64,000 nt of DNA from Collinsella sp. (GTDB taxonomy: Bacteria; Actinomycetota; Coriobacteriia; Coriobacteriales; Coriobacteriaceae), in assembly GCA_048342875.1 (NCBI GenBank), contig DBGDEA010000037.1:2513-66512 (forward strand). The letters run 5' to 3'. The position numbers and the translations under genes were made by a program. The notes beneath the pieces are model-generated. The model was not told the DNA's origin. It saw nothing but the letters and a program-made list of their open reading frames with translations, and did no database searches. Each line of letters begins with the position of its first letter. Position 1 is the stretch's first letter. Positions 53,318-63,263 of the stretch are shown here, in pieces.

Positions 53318-53871
53318 TACTCGGCCTCCTTTGCAGCGGCGGTCGCGTCGCCGGCCTCCGCAGCAGCCACAAACCCATCCTCGCCCAGCTCAACGCCACC
53401 GTCCCAAGTAGCGGCACCGCCCACGGTAAGCGGGTCGCCGCCGGCGCGCATCACGGCCTCCTTCTGGTCCAGGATGCCACACGCCTCCACGATGGCGTCG
53501 ATCACCGTCTCGGGGCGAATGGCGCACCCGGGCGCGTACACGTCCACGGGAATCGCGCGGTCCACGCCGCCGATCACGTTGTAGGCATCGCGGAACACGC
53601 CGCCCGAACACGCGCAGATGCCGCACGCCACCACGCACTTGGGCTCGAGCATCTGGTTGTAGATCTGGCGCACGACGGGCAGGTTCTGGGCATTGACCGA
53701 CCCCGTCACCAAAAAGATATCCGCATGCTTGGGGTTGCCGGTGTTGACCACGCCAAAGCGCTCCGCATCGAACAGCGGCGTGAGCGAGGCCAGCACCTCG
53801 ATATCGCATCCGTTGCAGCTCGAACCGTCGTAATGAATAACCCACGGCGAGCGCGACATTTTATGATCCAT
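53317..53871 (-). CDS. echC: Ech small subunit (NuoB-like)
   Basis: SCNGCDIE, GNPKHAD, CGIC, PGC. Confidence 0.88.
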   Translation of the reverse strand: MDHKMSRSPWVIHYDGSSCNGCDIEVLASLTPLFDAERFGVVNTGNPKHADIFLVTGSVNAQNLPVVRQIYNQMLEPKCVVACGICACSGGVFRDAYNVIGGVDRAIPVDVYAPGCAIRPETVIDAIVEACGILDQKEAVMRAGGDPLTVGGAATWDGGVELGEDGFVAAAEAGDATAAAKEAE

Positions 53872-53883
53872 GGATGCCGCCTC

Positions 53884-56766
53884 CTAAATAAACACGTCAA
53901 CGAGGATGGGCATAAGGTTGAGCAGGCCAAACACCAGCGCCACGCCCCATCCGAGCCTAAAGCAGCTGCGCCAGGTGCTGCGTGCGAAGGTGTTGTCGAT
54001 CAGGACCTCGACAAAATACGTCGCGGCCATCACGACCAGGGCCACGACCCAGCTCACGGGGTTGTCCCAAACAAAGAACATGCCCACCCACATCAAAAAC
54101 AGCACGGTCTCGCACCAGTGCATAAGGGTCATCTTGGCCAGCGTGCCGCCGCTCATCTCGGTGGCGACGCCCTGGACGATCTCCTGATGCGCGTGATGCG
54201 AGTACGAAAGATCGAACGGCGACTTGCGCAGCTTGATGGTAAGCACCGCGAGCAGCGCCAGGAAAATGGGCGCGCTGTACACGATGATGGGGGCCGACTG
54301 CCCCGTCACGGCGATGGAATCAAAACTGTCGGTGGCAAGGTACAGGCCCACGCTCATCAGCAAAACGGCGGGCTCGTAACTCATAACCTGCAGCAGCTCA
54401 CGGTCGGCGCCAACCTGGGCAAACGGGCTTTGCGTCGAGGCGGACGCCAACACCACAAAGATCGCGGCGAGCGTCACCATAAAAGCGCACAGTAGCGTGT
54501 TAGAGCCCGACACAAAGATGCCGCCGCCCACGACGGTAAAGATAAGCGCGCACGCCATATAGGTATCGTCCATGGTGTTTACGCTGGCAGGGGCTTTGCG
54601 CAGCAACTTGGCAACGTCGTAGAAAGGCTGGAGCAGGCGCGGGCCCACGCGGCCCTGCATACGGGCCGAAAGTTTGCGGTCAACGCCGTCGATCAGGCCA
54701 CCAACCAAAGGCGCCAGCAGGGCAAACACCACGGTACCAATAAATATGCCCACGACGCCCGAACCTTCGAAATACTTGCCGCGCAGCACCGAGGGCGCGC
54801 TCATGGCAAGTCTCTCGGGTCCAATCCACGCGCAACACAGCAGCGCAAACAAGATAATGCTGCAGCACACAACGCTACCCACGGGGCTAATACGCTTCTC
54901 GCCAAGGGCGTCCTCCGAGTACCAATTGCGCTTTTCGGCCTTCACCTCGTGTCCCATCGAGCCGCGGAAATGGCGATATTTGTCGGTTCCCACACCCGAA
55001 AGGTACACGTTGACGTGCGGCTTGTTGCTCACGCGGAATGAAGTCAGCAGCACCACGGCGATAAACGCCACGATAACCACCATCAGATACATGGCGTCCT
55101 TGCCAATAACGTACGGCACGCGGCCAAACACCATGGCCAAGTAAGGCGACACCAGACCGCTCGAGATAACCGGAAACGCCACGCAGCACAGAATCAGTAG
55201 CGCGGCGATGGTGTTGAGCGCCATCCATTCGGTCTTGTGGACATTGACCTCCACGTTTTGAGCCGTGGGGTCGACGCCCGAAAGCTTGGCAAGCCACTTG
55301 CCCCAGAAGAAGAACGTCGCTGCCGAGCCAAAGGCCAGCACCATAATCATGAGCACGTTGCCGGTCTGTGCAAACGCCACCAGGGCGCCCCACTTGGACA
55401 CGAGCATGCCAAACGGCGCCACAAACATGCCCATGATGCCCAGCATCATCAGGCGCGTCAGGTGCGGCATGCGGCTGAACATACCGTCCATGTCCTCGAT
55501 ATCGCGGCTGCCGATATGATGCTCGGCCGTGCCCACGCACAGGAACAGCAGCGACTTGGCCACCGTGTGGAACAGGATCAGGAAGATGGCCGCCCATACG
55601 GCCTCGGGCGCGCCGACACCCAGGCAGGCACTAATGAGGCCTAAGTTGGAAATGGTGGAGTACGCGAGCACGCGTTTGGCGTTGCTCTGCGAGATGGCCA
55701 TGAGGGCAGCGAGCAAAAACGTGATGGCACCCACACTCGTGACCATAAAACCGGTCACAGGATAGATAGCATAGAGCGGGCTCAGCTTGACCATCAGGAA
55801 CACGCCGGCTTTGACCATGGTTGACGAGTGCAGCAGGGCGCTCGTGGGCGTGGGGGCAACCATAGCACCGAGCAGCCAAGTGTGGAACGGCATCTGTGCG
55901 GCCTTGGTGAGCGCGGCGAGCGACAGCAGAACGACCGGCATCACCAGCAGCGCGGATTGCGCGGTTCCGGCACCGGAAAGCTCGATCATGCCCGAGATGG
56001 TCAGCGGCATGCCGTTGACGTGCAGAAACATAAGGCCCGCCAAAAACGCGATGCCGCCCAGCATGTTAAGGATGATCTGGGTAAAGGCGTTCTTGATGGC
56101 CTCGGGCGTGCGCGTGTAGCCAATCATAAGGAACGAGCACACGGTGGTGATTTCCCAGCCGCAGAACAGCCACTCAAGGTTGTCGCTCGTCACGATGACG
56201 AACATGGCTGAGAGGAACAGGAACATAAGCGCCAGGAACTGCGGGCGTCGATCGGGCGCGGTCTGCCCGCGCAGCGCGGCCTCGTGCTCGTCATGGGCCT
56301 GGAAGTCCTTCATGTAGCCCAGGGCATACACACAGATTAGGCTGCCGACGATGCCGACGGCGAGGACCATGATCACACTCATGTAGTCCAGGTAGAGCGG
56401 CGTCGCCGTGACGGCTTCGGCCGCGGGCAGCGTCATGGCTGCAAAGGCGAGCGAGCCCACCAGCTGGACTATGCCGAGCACCGTGGTGAGCGCGTTCCTG
56501 TATTTGTACGCGTTGTACAGGATGACGGCGCACAGAATTACGTCGATGACGGAGCTGATGATCGAGAGCGCATGCGAGGTGCCGGGGGCAACCTCAAAGC
56601 TCTGCGGACCCGTGCCAAAAAACATGACGGCGACTACAACTGTCACCGCCATAATAATGCCGGAGCCTATGAGCCCCACCGCATCGCGAACTCGGTCACC
56701 GTGCGCAAGCAGCATGCCCAGCGCCGGTACCAGCGGAAACAGGGTAAGGAAATACAGTAGCGTCAT
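53884..56766 (-). CDS. Fused EchA (antiporter-like) and EchB (NuoH-like) membrane subunit
   Basis: WEITT, KAAQMPFHTWL, APTPTSALLHSSTMVKAG, then DRKLSARMQGRVGP, SYEP, KLRKSPFD in one ORF. Confidence 0.85.
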   Translation of the reverse strand: MTLLYFLTLFPLVPALGMLLAHGDRVRDAVGLIGSGIIMAVTVVVAVMFFGTGPQSFEVAPGTSHALSIISSVIDVILCAVILYNAYKYRNALTTVLGIVQLVGSLAFAAMTLPAAEAVTATPLYLDYMSVIMVLAVGIVGSLICVYALGYMKDFQAHDEHEAALRGQTAPDRRPQFLALMFLFLSAMFVIVTSDNLEWLFCGWEITTVCSFLMIGYTRTPEAIKNAFTQIILNMLGGIAFLAGLMFLHVNGMPLTISGMIELSGAGTAQSALLVMPVVLLSLAALTKAAQMPFHTWLLGAMVAPTPTSALLHSSTMVKAGVFLMVKLSPLYAIYPVTGFMVTSVGAITFLLAALMAISQSNAKRVLAYSTISNLGLISACLGVGAPEAVWAAIFLILFHTVAKSLLFLCVGTAEHHIGSRDIEDMDGMFSRMPHLTRLMMLGIMGMFVAPFGMLVSKWGALVAFAQTGNVLMIMVLAFGSAATFFFWGKWLAKLSGVDPTAQNVEVNVHKTEWMALNTIAALLILCCVAFPVISSGLVSPYLAMVFGRVPYVIGKDAMYLMVVIVAFIAVVLLTSFRVSNKPHVNVYLSGVGTDKYRHFRGSMGHEVKAEKRNWYSEDALGEKRISPVGSVVCCSIILFALLCCAWIGPERLAMSAPSVLRGKYFEGSGVVGIFIGTVVFALLAPLVGGLIDGVDRKLSARMQGRVGPRLLQPFYDVAKLLRKAPASVNTMDDTYMACALIFTVVGGGIFVSGSNTLLCAFMVTLAAIFVVLASASTQSPFAQVGADRELLQVMSYEPAVLLMSVGLYLATDSFDSIAVTGQSAPIIVYSAPIFLALLAVLTIKLRKSPFDLSYSHHAHQEIVQGVATEMSGGTLAKMTLMHWCETVLFLMWVGMFFVWDNPVSWVVALVVMAATYFVEVLIDNTFARSTWRSCFRLGWGVALVFGLLNLMPILVDVFI

Positions 56767-56946
56767 ACCATCGCTCCCCCATGCAAAAACGCTGCAATTG
56801 TTTAACGTTATAGCTCAATTACGGGGTTACGGTGGCAGGTTTTCGGTCAACTGGGGAGTTTTAGGCGTACGGGGCAAGGGCGCGTCCGCTTTGGAGCAGT
56901 GGGGCGGCAAGAAAAATGCGCCCCCGTGGGCGCACCATCCCGTTTG

Positions 56947-57342
56947 CTATTCCGCCTTTTTAACGCGCGGCTTGCGACCGCGCGGCTTATCGACCAGTGC
57001 GGACTCACCGCTCTCGCGATACTGGCGACACCAAGCCTTGACCGAAGACTCGCTAGGAATCTTGTGCTTGATCATGGCCTCGCGAACCGTCAAGCCGTTT
57101 TCCAAGCGGTCCTTGACCACGGCGAGCTTAACTTCGTACGAATAGGTGTGATGATGCGAACCGGCGTTGAGAACGGCGTCGGCACCGCCCACAGCATACG
57201 CGCGGGCCCACTGACGAGCCGTGGCCTGGGGAATGCCAAGCTCCGCGGCGAGGGCGCGATGACCGACCCCCTCTTGGAGGATCTCGACGGCGCGCTGCCT
57301 AACCTCGGGCGCATGCGTGCGAGTCCTAGTTGCTTCCGACAT
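56947..57342 (-). CDS. Tandem HTH protein resembling IS3/IS150 OrfA, no OrfB
   Basis: YSYEVKLAVV, WCRQYRESGESAL..KPRGRK. Confidence 0.7.
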   Translation of the reverse strand: MSEATRTRTHAPEVRQRAVEILQEGVGHRALAAELGIPQATARQWARAYAVGGADAVLNAGSHHHTYSYEVKLAVVKDRLENGLTVREAMIKHKIPSESSVKAWCRQYRESGESALVDKPRGRKPRVKKAE

Positions 57343-57682
57343 ACCTGCCACTTCTTAGCCTTAACCGTTAATCTGCTTTCTTACGTGCATGTTAGATAGT
57401 AGCATTTTGCTGTTTGCTCAAAGCAGTTAATTAAAATAGACGCGGCGTTATCTGGGCATTTGGCACCAAATTACGACATATCTTTATCGATTATTTACGC
57501 TGGTAGCTGACTCACAGCTAATCGTCATTCGCTTGTCAACAAAATTGGCATCTCTTTATGTCCTTTGGTATAGAGGATATAGTTATTAACCCCTCCCCCA
57601 ATAATTTTGAGTGATCTGCAAGGCAGTAGACGTCCTCATTCCTCATGATTACCGCGCATTGCCATCCACCGGAGCAAAACAA

Positions 57683-57717
57683 AAAGGGCGGGACCTGCTG
57701 CGCTTGCAGGCCCCGCA
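57683..57717 (-). terminator. Probable terminator after the flavoenzyme gene
   Basis: A-tract then GCGGGACCTGC...GCAGGCCCCGC. Confidence 0.55.
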
Positions 57718-57791
57718 CCGGTTGACACCCGACGGGACACAGCCGGGCGAGACGAATCCGTGCTACCGCCCCGCCTGGCCGCGATGTTAAA

Positions 57792-59828
57792 CTACAGCTC
57801 GTTGGCCGCGTGATATGCCGTGCGGATGGCGCTCGCGATGTCGGCGGTGCGCTCGCCCGAGCAGTCGCCCACGCAGGTCACGGGCACCGTTACGCCGTCC
57901 AGGTCAAACGCGTTGGCCTTGGAGCCCACGGCCATCACCACGTAATCGCAGGAGATCTTTACCGGCTCCTCGGCGCCGTCCTCGGTGGTGCGAACAGCCT
58001 CCACGCCCTCATCGGTAATGGCGGTCAGGCGGGTCTTCACGTGCTGCTCCACGTTGTGCTCTGCAAAGTCGCTCATGATCAGTGGCAGAATGGTCTCGGA
58101 CTCGCCCGCGGCAATCTTGTCGAGCATCTCCACGATCGCCACCTCGCAGCCGTGCTGCAGCAGATACTCGGCAGTCTCGGTGCCCACCAGGCCACCGCCA
58201 ATGACAGCGACGCGGCCGTTGAGCTCCGCCTTGCCGGCCAGCACGTCCCAGCTCGAGACGACCTTCTCCGAGTCGGCGCCCGGAACGGGGATGACCACGT
58301 CGTGCGCGCCCACGGCCACAATCGCGGCGTCGGCGGCGTTGAGGTCCTCAGCGGTAGCGGCATGGTTGAGCTCGACCTTCACACCCAGGCCGGGCAGAAT
58401 CTTCTCGTAGTACTCGACGGAACGCATGATCTCGTCCTTGCGCGGAGGCGCGGCCGCCAGCACAATCTGGCCGCCCAGATGATCGCTCGCCTCGTAGACG
58501 GTCACGTCGTAGCCGCGCTTGGCCGCCACGCGCGCGGCCTCCAGACCGGCGATGCCGCCGCCCACCACGGCGATCTTCTTGTCGCCCTCGCCCGGCTTAA
58601 TGGCGATGGTTGCCTCATCGCCGTTCTCGGCATTGAGCACGCACGAGATGTACTTGCGGTTTTGAATCGCATCGACGCAGCCCTTGTTGCAGTTGAGGCA
58701 CTCGCGGATGGGCTCACCCGTGGCGGCCTTCAGCGCAATGTCGGGGTCGCACATGAGCGAGCGGCCATAGGCGATGATGTCGGCGGCGCCGTCTTCCAGA
58801 ATCTTCTCGCCGGCCTCGACCGAAACCACGCGGCCCACGGTTGCCACCGGCACGGAGACCAGGGCCTTGACGCGCTCGGCCACGGGCAGCGTCCAGTTGT
58901 AGGGCATGGCACCCATGGGCGGAATGGTGTCGCCCATGTTGCCGGTGTGGTTGGCCTGTGCGACCTGAATCATATCGATGCCCGCACCCTCGAGCAGCTT
59001 GGCGAACTCGCAGGCCTCGTCGGGCTGCAGGCCACCCTTGCCGCGCGGCGTGCCGTCGGGGTTCTCCATGATCACGGGGAGCTTGTACTCCACCATCAGC
59101 TGCGGCGCGGCCTCCTTAATGGCGGCGACGACCTCCAGCGCGTAGCGAACGCGGTTCTCGAACGAACCACCGTACTCGTCGGTGCGCTGGTTGAGGATGG
59201 CCGAGCACAGCGAACCCACCAGGCGGTCGCCGTGGACCTCGATAGCGTCGATCCCGGCCTGCTGTGCGCGAGCGGCCGAGGCAGCGATGGCCTCCTTGAT
59301 CTGGGTGAGCTGCTCTACGCTCGCCTCGTTCACAAAGTGCTGCATGTCGTGATGCAGCTTGGCGTAGGCCTGGTTGCGGATCTCGTTGGACTCGGCCATC
59401 TTGGCGGCAAAGGTCTCCTCGTCGCCGGCGGCCTTGGCCTCCTGCGCGGCCTTGGCGGCGGCCATGGATCCCATGACCATGCGGCCGACGCCGGGCACGT
59501 CGTACTCGGGGTGGAACAGCTGCAGCGCGACCTTGGCGCCGTGCTTGTGGACGGCATCGGCCAGGGCCTTAAACGTGGGGATTTGGGCGTCGGTCGCCAG
59601 CTTGGGCGTGGGGCTTGCGGTCATGACGGGAGCAACGTCGCCGATGACGATGTAGCTCACGCCGCCACGGGCCAGGCGCTCGTAAAAAGCCAGGCTGCGC
59701 TCGCCAATGGAGCCGTCGCGCTCCTCGTAGCCGGTGGTCAGCGGCGGGAACATAATGCGGTTTTTGAGCTCAAGGGGGCCAACCGTAATGGGCTGAAGCA
59801 GCTTGGATGCAGGTGCGGTCATGGACAT
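57792..59828 (-). CDS. bilR: Old-yellow-enzyme family FMN/[4Fe-4S]/FAD reductase with HGDR motif; bilirubin reductase (long form) candidate
   Basis: LKNRI, EVHGDRL, RTDEYGGS, CLNCNKGC..C, GGGIAG, GGGLVG. Confidence 0.75.
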   Translation of the reverse strand: MSMTAPASKLLQPITVGPLELKNRIMFPPLTTGYEERDGSIGERSLAFYERLARGGVSYIVIGDVAPVMTASPTPKLATDAQIPTFKALADAVHKHGAKVALQLFHPEYDVPGVGRMVMGSMAAAKAAQEAKAAGDEETFAAKMAESNEIRNQAYAKLHHDMQHFVNEASVEQLTQIKEAIAASAARAQQAGIDAIEVHGDRLVGSLCSAILNQRTDEYGGSFENRVRYALEVVAAIKEAAPQLMVEYKLPVIMENPDGTPRGKGGLQPDEACEFAKLLEGAGIDMIQVAQANHTGNMGDTIPPMGAMPYNWTLPVAERVKALVSVPVATVGRVVSVEAGEKILEDGAADIIAYGRSLMCDPDIALKAATGEPIRECLNCNKGCVDAIQNRKYISCVLNAENGDEATIAIKPGEGDKKIAVVGGGIAGLEAARVAAKRGYDVTVYEASDHLGGQIVLAAAPPRKDEIMRSVEYYEKILPGLGVKVELNHAATAEDLNAADAAIVAVGAHDVVIPVPGADSEKVVSSWDVLAGKAELNGRVAVIGGGLVGTETAEYLLQHGCEVAIVEMLDKIAAGESETILPLIMSDFAEHNVEQHVKTRLTAITDEGVEAVRTTEDGAEEPVKISCDYVVMAVGSKANAFDLDGVTVPVTCVGDCSGERTADIASAIRTAYHAANEL

Positions 59829-59967
59829 TCCTCTCTTGTAGGCGCGGCGGCGATGATGCCGCGTAGTTGTCTAGAGGATATGGCATGGGAATACAACAGC
59901 GCAACGGAAATCGGCGGACAGCAGGTAGCGGCAGGTGGATGGGGGTGGGCGGGGCGGCCCGTCGGTT

Positions 59968-60187
59968 TGTCTCAATCTGTAACAGTTACGCGGCAAAACT
60001 GGGTCTTACTGTTACAGATCGAGACAAACCAAACCCGCTTGCTAGAAAATCTCAATCTATAACAACAACTCGGCAAAATCCGTCCCTCGTGTTACAGATT
60101 TAGACAAACACGACCCAACCCACCGGTATATCTCGATCTGTAACACCTAGCCGCCCAAATCGGGTCTAGATGTTACAGATCGAGATT
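59968..60187. repeat. Array of three 17-25-17 palindromic units, period 80-81 bp
   Basis: Arms 59968-59984/60010-60026, 60048-60064/60090-60106, 60129-60145/60171-60187. Confidence 0.92.
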
Positions 60188-60274
60188 TTGTTTGAGAGGC
60201 CGAGAATTGGACCGAAAACACGGTCCCGAAATAACAAAAAAGCTCGCCGGCTAGGCCGACGAGCTGCAAGTTCT

Positions 60275-60317
60275 TGGTCGCGGGGGCAGGATTTGAACCT
60301 ACGACCTCCGGGTTATG
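60275..60317 (-). mobile_element. att site: displaced 3' half of initiator tRNA-Met(CAT); left edge of an integrated island
   Basis: Minus strand CATAACCCGGAGGTCGTAGGTTCAAATCCTGCCCCCGCGACCA; no D-arm or 5' half; hairpin plus T-tract downstream (60235-60265). Confidence 0.85.
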
Positions 60318-60495
60318 GATATGGCGGGCCGTCAAACAGCGATTGGACTAAAGCCGTGCCTTCCACAGTATTTAGTCCTATAAACAGTCCAACATCTTTA
60401 TTTCTAGTCGTTAGATTGGACTAAAATGACTTTAATTTCGATATTTAGTCGTATCTTACGACTAAATATCAGCCACGAGACCGTTAGGAGCGATC

Positions 60496-62163
60496 TTGTA
60501 CTACAGCGATCACGACGTCCTTGAACTCATCGCCCGTATCGAGAAGCCCTATGAGAGCGAGGTTATCGAGCTCAAGGAAGCGAAAAACGACTTCAGTTTC
60601 AAGAACCTCGGGAAGTACTTCTCCGCCCTGAGTAACGAAGCGGTCCTGCGCGGGAAACAAGACGCCTGGCTCATCTTCGGTATGGACAACGACAAGGTCG
60701 CATGCGGAACCGCTTACCGAGAAGGAAATCCGGCCAACCTTCGATCCCTTAAAAAGGAGATTGCGGACCGCGCGAACAACCACCTCACCCTGAGAGAGAT
60801 CCATGAACTCAGGATTGACGGCAAACGCGTCCTCGCGTTTCAAATCCCCGCCGCAACGCCAGGCATGCCGACGGCGTTCAACAATGCGGCATGGGCGCGC
60901 GAGGGCGAATCACTCGGGCCACTCCCCATCGATAAGTACGAGCAGATACGCCAAATGCGGAGGCCGGACTGGAGTGCCCTCGAAATCGAAGAAGCAACCT
61001 TCGAGGACCTCGACCCCAAAGCCGTGAAGAAAGCGGTGGAGCTCTTTCTCTCCAAGCACCGGCGGCATTCCGGGGCGTTCGCGGACATGGATGACCGCAC
61101 GATTCTCGACATGGCAAACCTAACCAGAAACGGCAAGATCACCCCGACGACACTCATCCTGCTCGGAAGGCCAGAATCCACCCGTCTGCTCGATGGGATG
61201 AGCCCGCGCATCACCTGGACTCTCTATGCCTCCAATGGATCGGTAACCTCTTACGAGCACTTCAAACCACCCTTCCTTCTCGCGATTGACCAGGTACTCG
61301 GGAAAATCCGCAACGAGAAGTACCGGTTCAACGCAAATGGCGCGAGTCTGTTTCCCTTTGAGGCTGACCAGTACGAACCCGAGATCATCAGAGAGCTCCT
61401 GAACAACTGTATCGCCCATCAGGACTATTCCATGCAGGGGCGAATCAATGTCGAGGAATTCGAGGATCACCTCGTGTTCCTAAACGAAGGGTCCTTCATT
61501 CCGGAGACAATCGAAAATGCGATGCGGCCGGGTTTTAAGCCAAGCTACTACCGCAACCCCTTCCTTTCCGAGGCGATGGTGCAGATGGACATGATTGACA
61601 CCATCGCCATGGGAATCCCCAAAGTATTCCAGATGCAGAGAAAGCGATACTTCCCCCTACCCACCTACGACCTTTCGGATCCAACCCGCGTGCGCGTAAG
61701 CGTCTACGGTAAGACCATCAATGAGAGCTACAGCAGGCTACTCTATGCTAAACCGGACCTTCCGATGGACGTCGTCTACCTTTTGGACAAGGTTCAAAAA
61801 GGCGAGGAAATCACGAACGAGGAGGCCGCAGAGCTGCATCGACTCAAGCTTATCGAAGGCAGGTACCCCCATATCTCCATCACGAACGCCCTTGCCTCGA
61901 AGACGGGGCAGGAGGTGTCTTACACGCGCAGCAAAGGCCTCAATGAAGAGGCCTGCAAGGCGTTTGTCATTCAGATGCTCTCAGAAACGGGGCCCGCACC
62001 ACGTGCGAAAATCACCGCCCTCATCAACGATCTTCTCCCCTCGGGCCTTACCGACGCGCAAAAGGCCAAGAAGGTGTCGAACCTGTTAGCGAAGATGAAG
62101 AAGGTAGACAAGACCATCGATAGCGACGGAACGGGAAAGACCGCAAGATGGCATGCCCTGTAA
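60496..62163 (+). CDS. Schlafen/AlbA_2 domain plus HATPase_c_4-like domain plus wHTH protein
   Basis: ESEVIELKEA, YFSALSNE, LIFGMDN; IIRELLNNCIAHQDY, NEGSF, YRNPFL, GIPKVF. Confidence 0.85.
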   Translation: MYYSDHDVLELIARIEKPYESEVIELKEAKNDFSFKNLGKYFSALSNEAVLRGKQDAWLIFGMDNDKVACGTAYREGNPANLRSLKKEIADRANNHLTLREIHELRIDGKRVLAFQIPAATPGMPTAFNNAAWAREGESLGPLPIDKYEQIRQMRRPDWSALEIEEATFEDLDPKAVKKAVELFLSKHRRHSGAFADMDDRTILDMANLTRNGKITPTTLILLGRPESTRLLDGMSPRITWTLYASNGSVTSYEHFKPPFLLAIDQVLGKIRNEKYRFNANGASLFPFEADQYEPEIIRELLNNCIAHQDYSMQGRINVEEFEDHLVFLNEGSFIPETIENAMRPGFKPSYYRNPFLSEAMVQMDMIDTIAMGIPKVFQMQRKRYFPLPTYDLSDPTRVRVSVYGKTINESYSRLLYAKPDLPMDVVYLLDKVQKGEEITNEEAAELHRLKLIEGRYPHISITNALASKTGQEVSYTRSKGLNEEACKAFVIQMLSETGPAPRAKITALINDLLPSGLTDAQKAKKVSNLLAKMKKVDKTIDSDGTGKTARWHAL

Positions 62164-62803
62164 CATCGTGATGGATCTCACCGTCAGACGCACGGCTTCC
62201 AACAGACCGACCGCGATGCGTCTGGGTACCTTACCGGGCGCATCATCTAATATTGGACTCTCTACTTGCATTGGACTCTCTACTTGCGGCATCCATCCCT
62301 ACCCGACTCTGGATACCGCAAGTGTCCTTTTCGATGGCATCCCCGCGTTTTGTAGTCGGAAAACAGTCGACTCATAGTTGAAAGCTACAAAAAGTGTGTC
62401 CTATAAGCCATTAAATTGCCGAAGCGTTTTTAAAACCCGATCTCCGCAACGATCTTTTTCATCTCGATAGCCCATCCAAGCCGCCCCTCGATGTACCGCA
62501 GCCATGCGTCCTGATGGCTCTTAATTGGGTGGCCGGCCTTATAGAAACGCAGGCCCGATGCCTTTTAGCATCAAAGGGCGCCGCCGTCAGCTCGAAGCGT
62601 TTTTCGAAGATCCTTGTCCAGTACGCTAGCTTGACCATTCGGACCACTTTTAAGTAAACATCAGCAAGGGCGGCCCGACGTATCGGGAGCTCAAGACCGC
62701 CCAGTGTAATCAATCCGCAACGAAAGCGAGCCCTCGGCGCTGTGCCGGGGGCTCGACCCTTCTAGGTTTATATCGTTGAATTGGCTAGCAATATTGCTCG
62801 TCG

Positions 62804-63139
62804 TTAAACGGCGGCTTCGACACCTAGTCCTTCATCCCGAATACTCTGCTCGTCTTCATCGGCTGCGCCCGTGGCCCCCTCCGCTTGGATGGCATCGTAG
62901 GCTTCGATGTTCGACTCAAGGATTTCGGCGCTCTCGTTGGCAAGCGCCAGCTTCTTCTGGTGCCTGTTATACAGGCACAAACCCATACTCCCTATGGCAA
63001 GCGTTACAGCAGATCCAACAATGCAACCCTGCCACCTTCCTGTGGCAATTCCCCCATTTCTGATGTTTGCGATAAGCGCCCTTGGTCCGCCCGACTCCTT
63101 TGCAATATGTGACAGCTGCGCGTAGTCCCAATCCGTCAT
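62804..63139 (-). CDS. Small single-TM hypothetical protein
   Basis: AGGAGG RBS, one TM segment, acidic tail. Confidence 0.6.
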   Translation of the reverse strand: MTDWDYAQLSHIAKESGGPRALIANIRNGGIATGRWQGCIVGSAVTLAIGSMGLCLYNRHQKKLALANESAEILESNIEAYDAIQAEGATGAADEDEQSIRDEGLGVEAAV

Positions 63140-63263
63140 CGTGTCCTCCTAACTCGACCGCCCGCTGGCTACTTGATTACTTGGGTCAATAATGCAACTG
63201 CACAAGTAAACAGTAAATGTCTAAGATATGTCTGCTGCGCTATTTAGAAAGGGTATTCAGACA

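Noticed and set aside
59968..60187. CRISPR array
   Set aside because: The repeats alternate in inverted orientation, the spacers resemble each other, and there are no cas genes.
60275..60317. Functional tRNA gene
   Set aside because: Only the anticodon-to-CCA half is present, so it is treated as an att site.
62252..62287. 18-bp tandem duplication ATTGGACTCTCTACTTGC x2
   Set aside because: Only two copies and no credible ORF. It shares ATTGGACT with the att-proximal motif, but the evidence is too thin.
62459..62713. 84-aa minus-strand ORF in the island
   Set aside because: No RBS or recognisable motif, so it cannot be supported.
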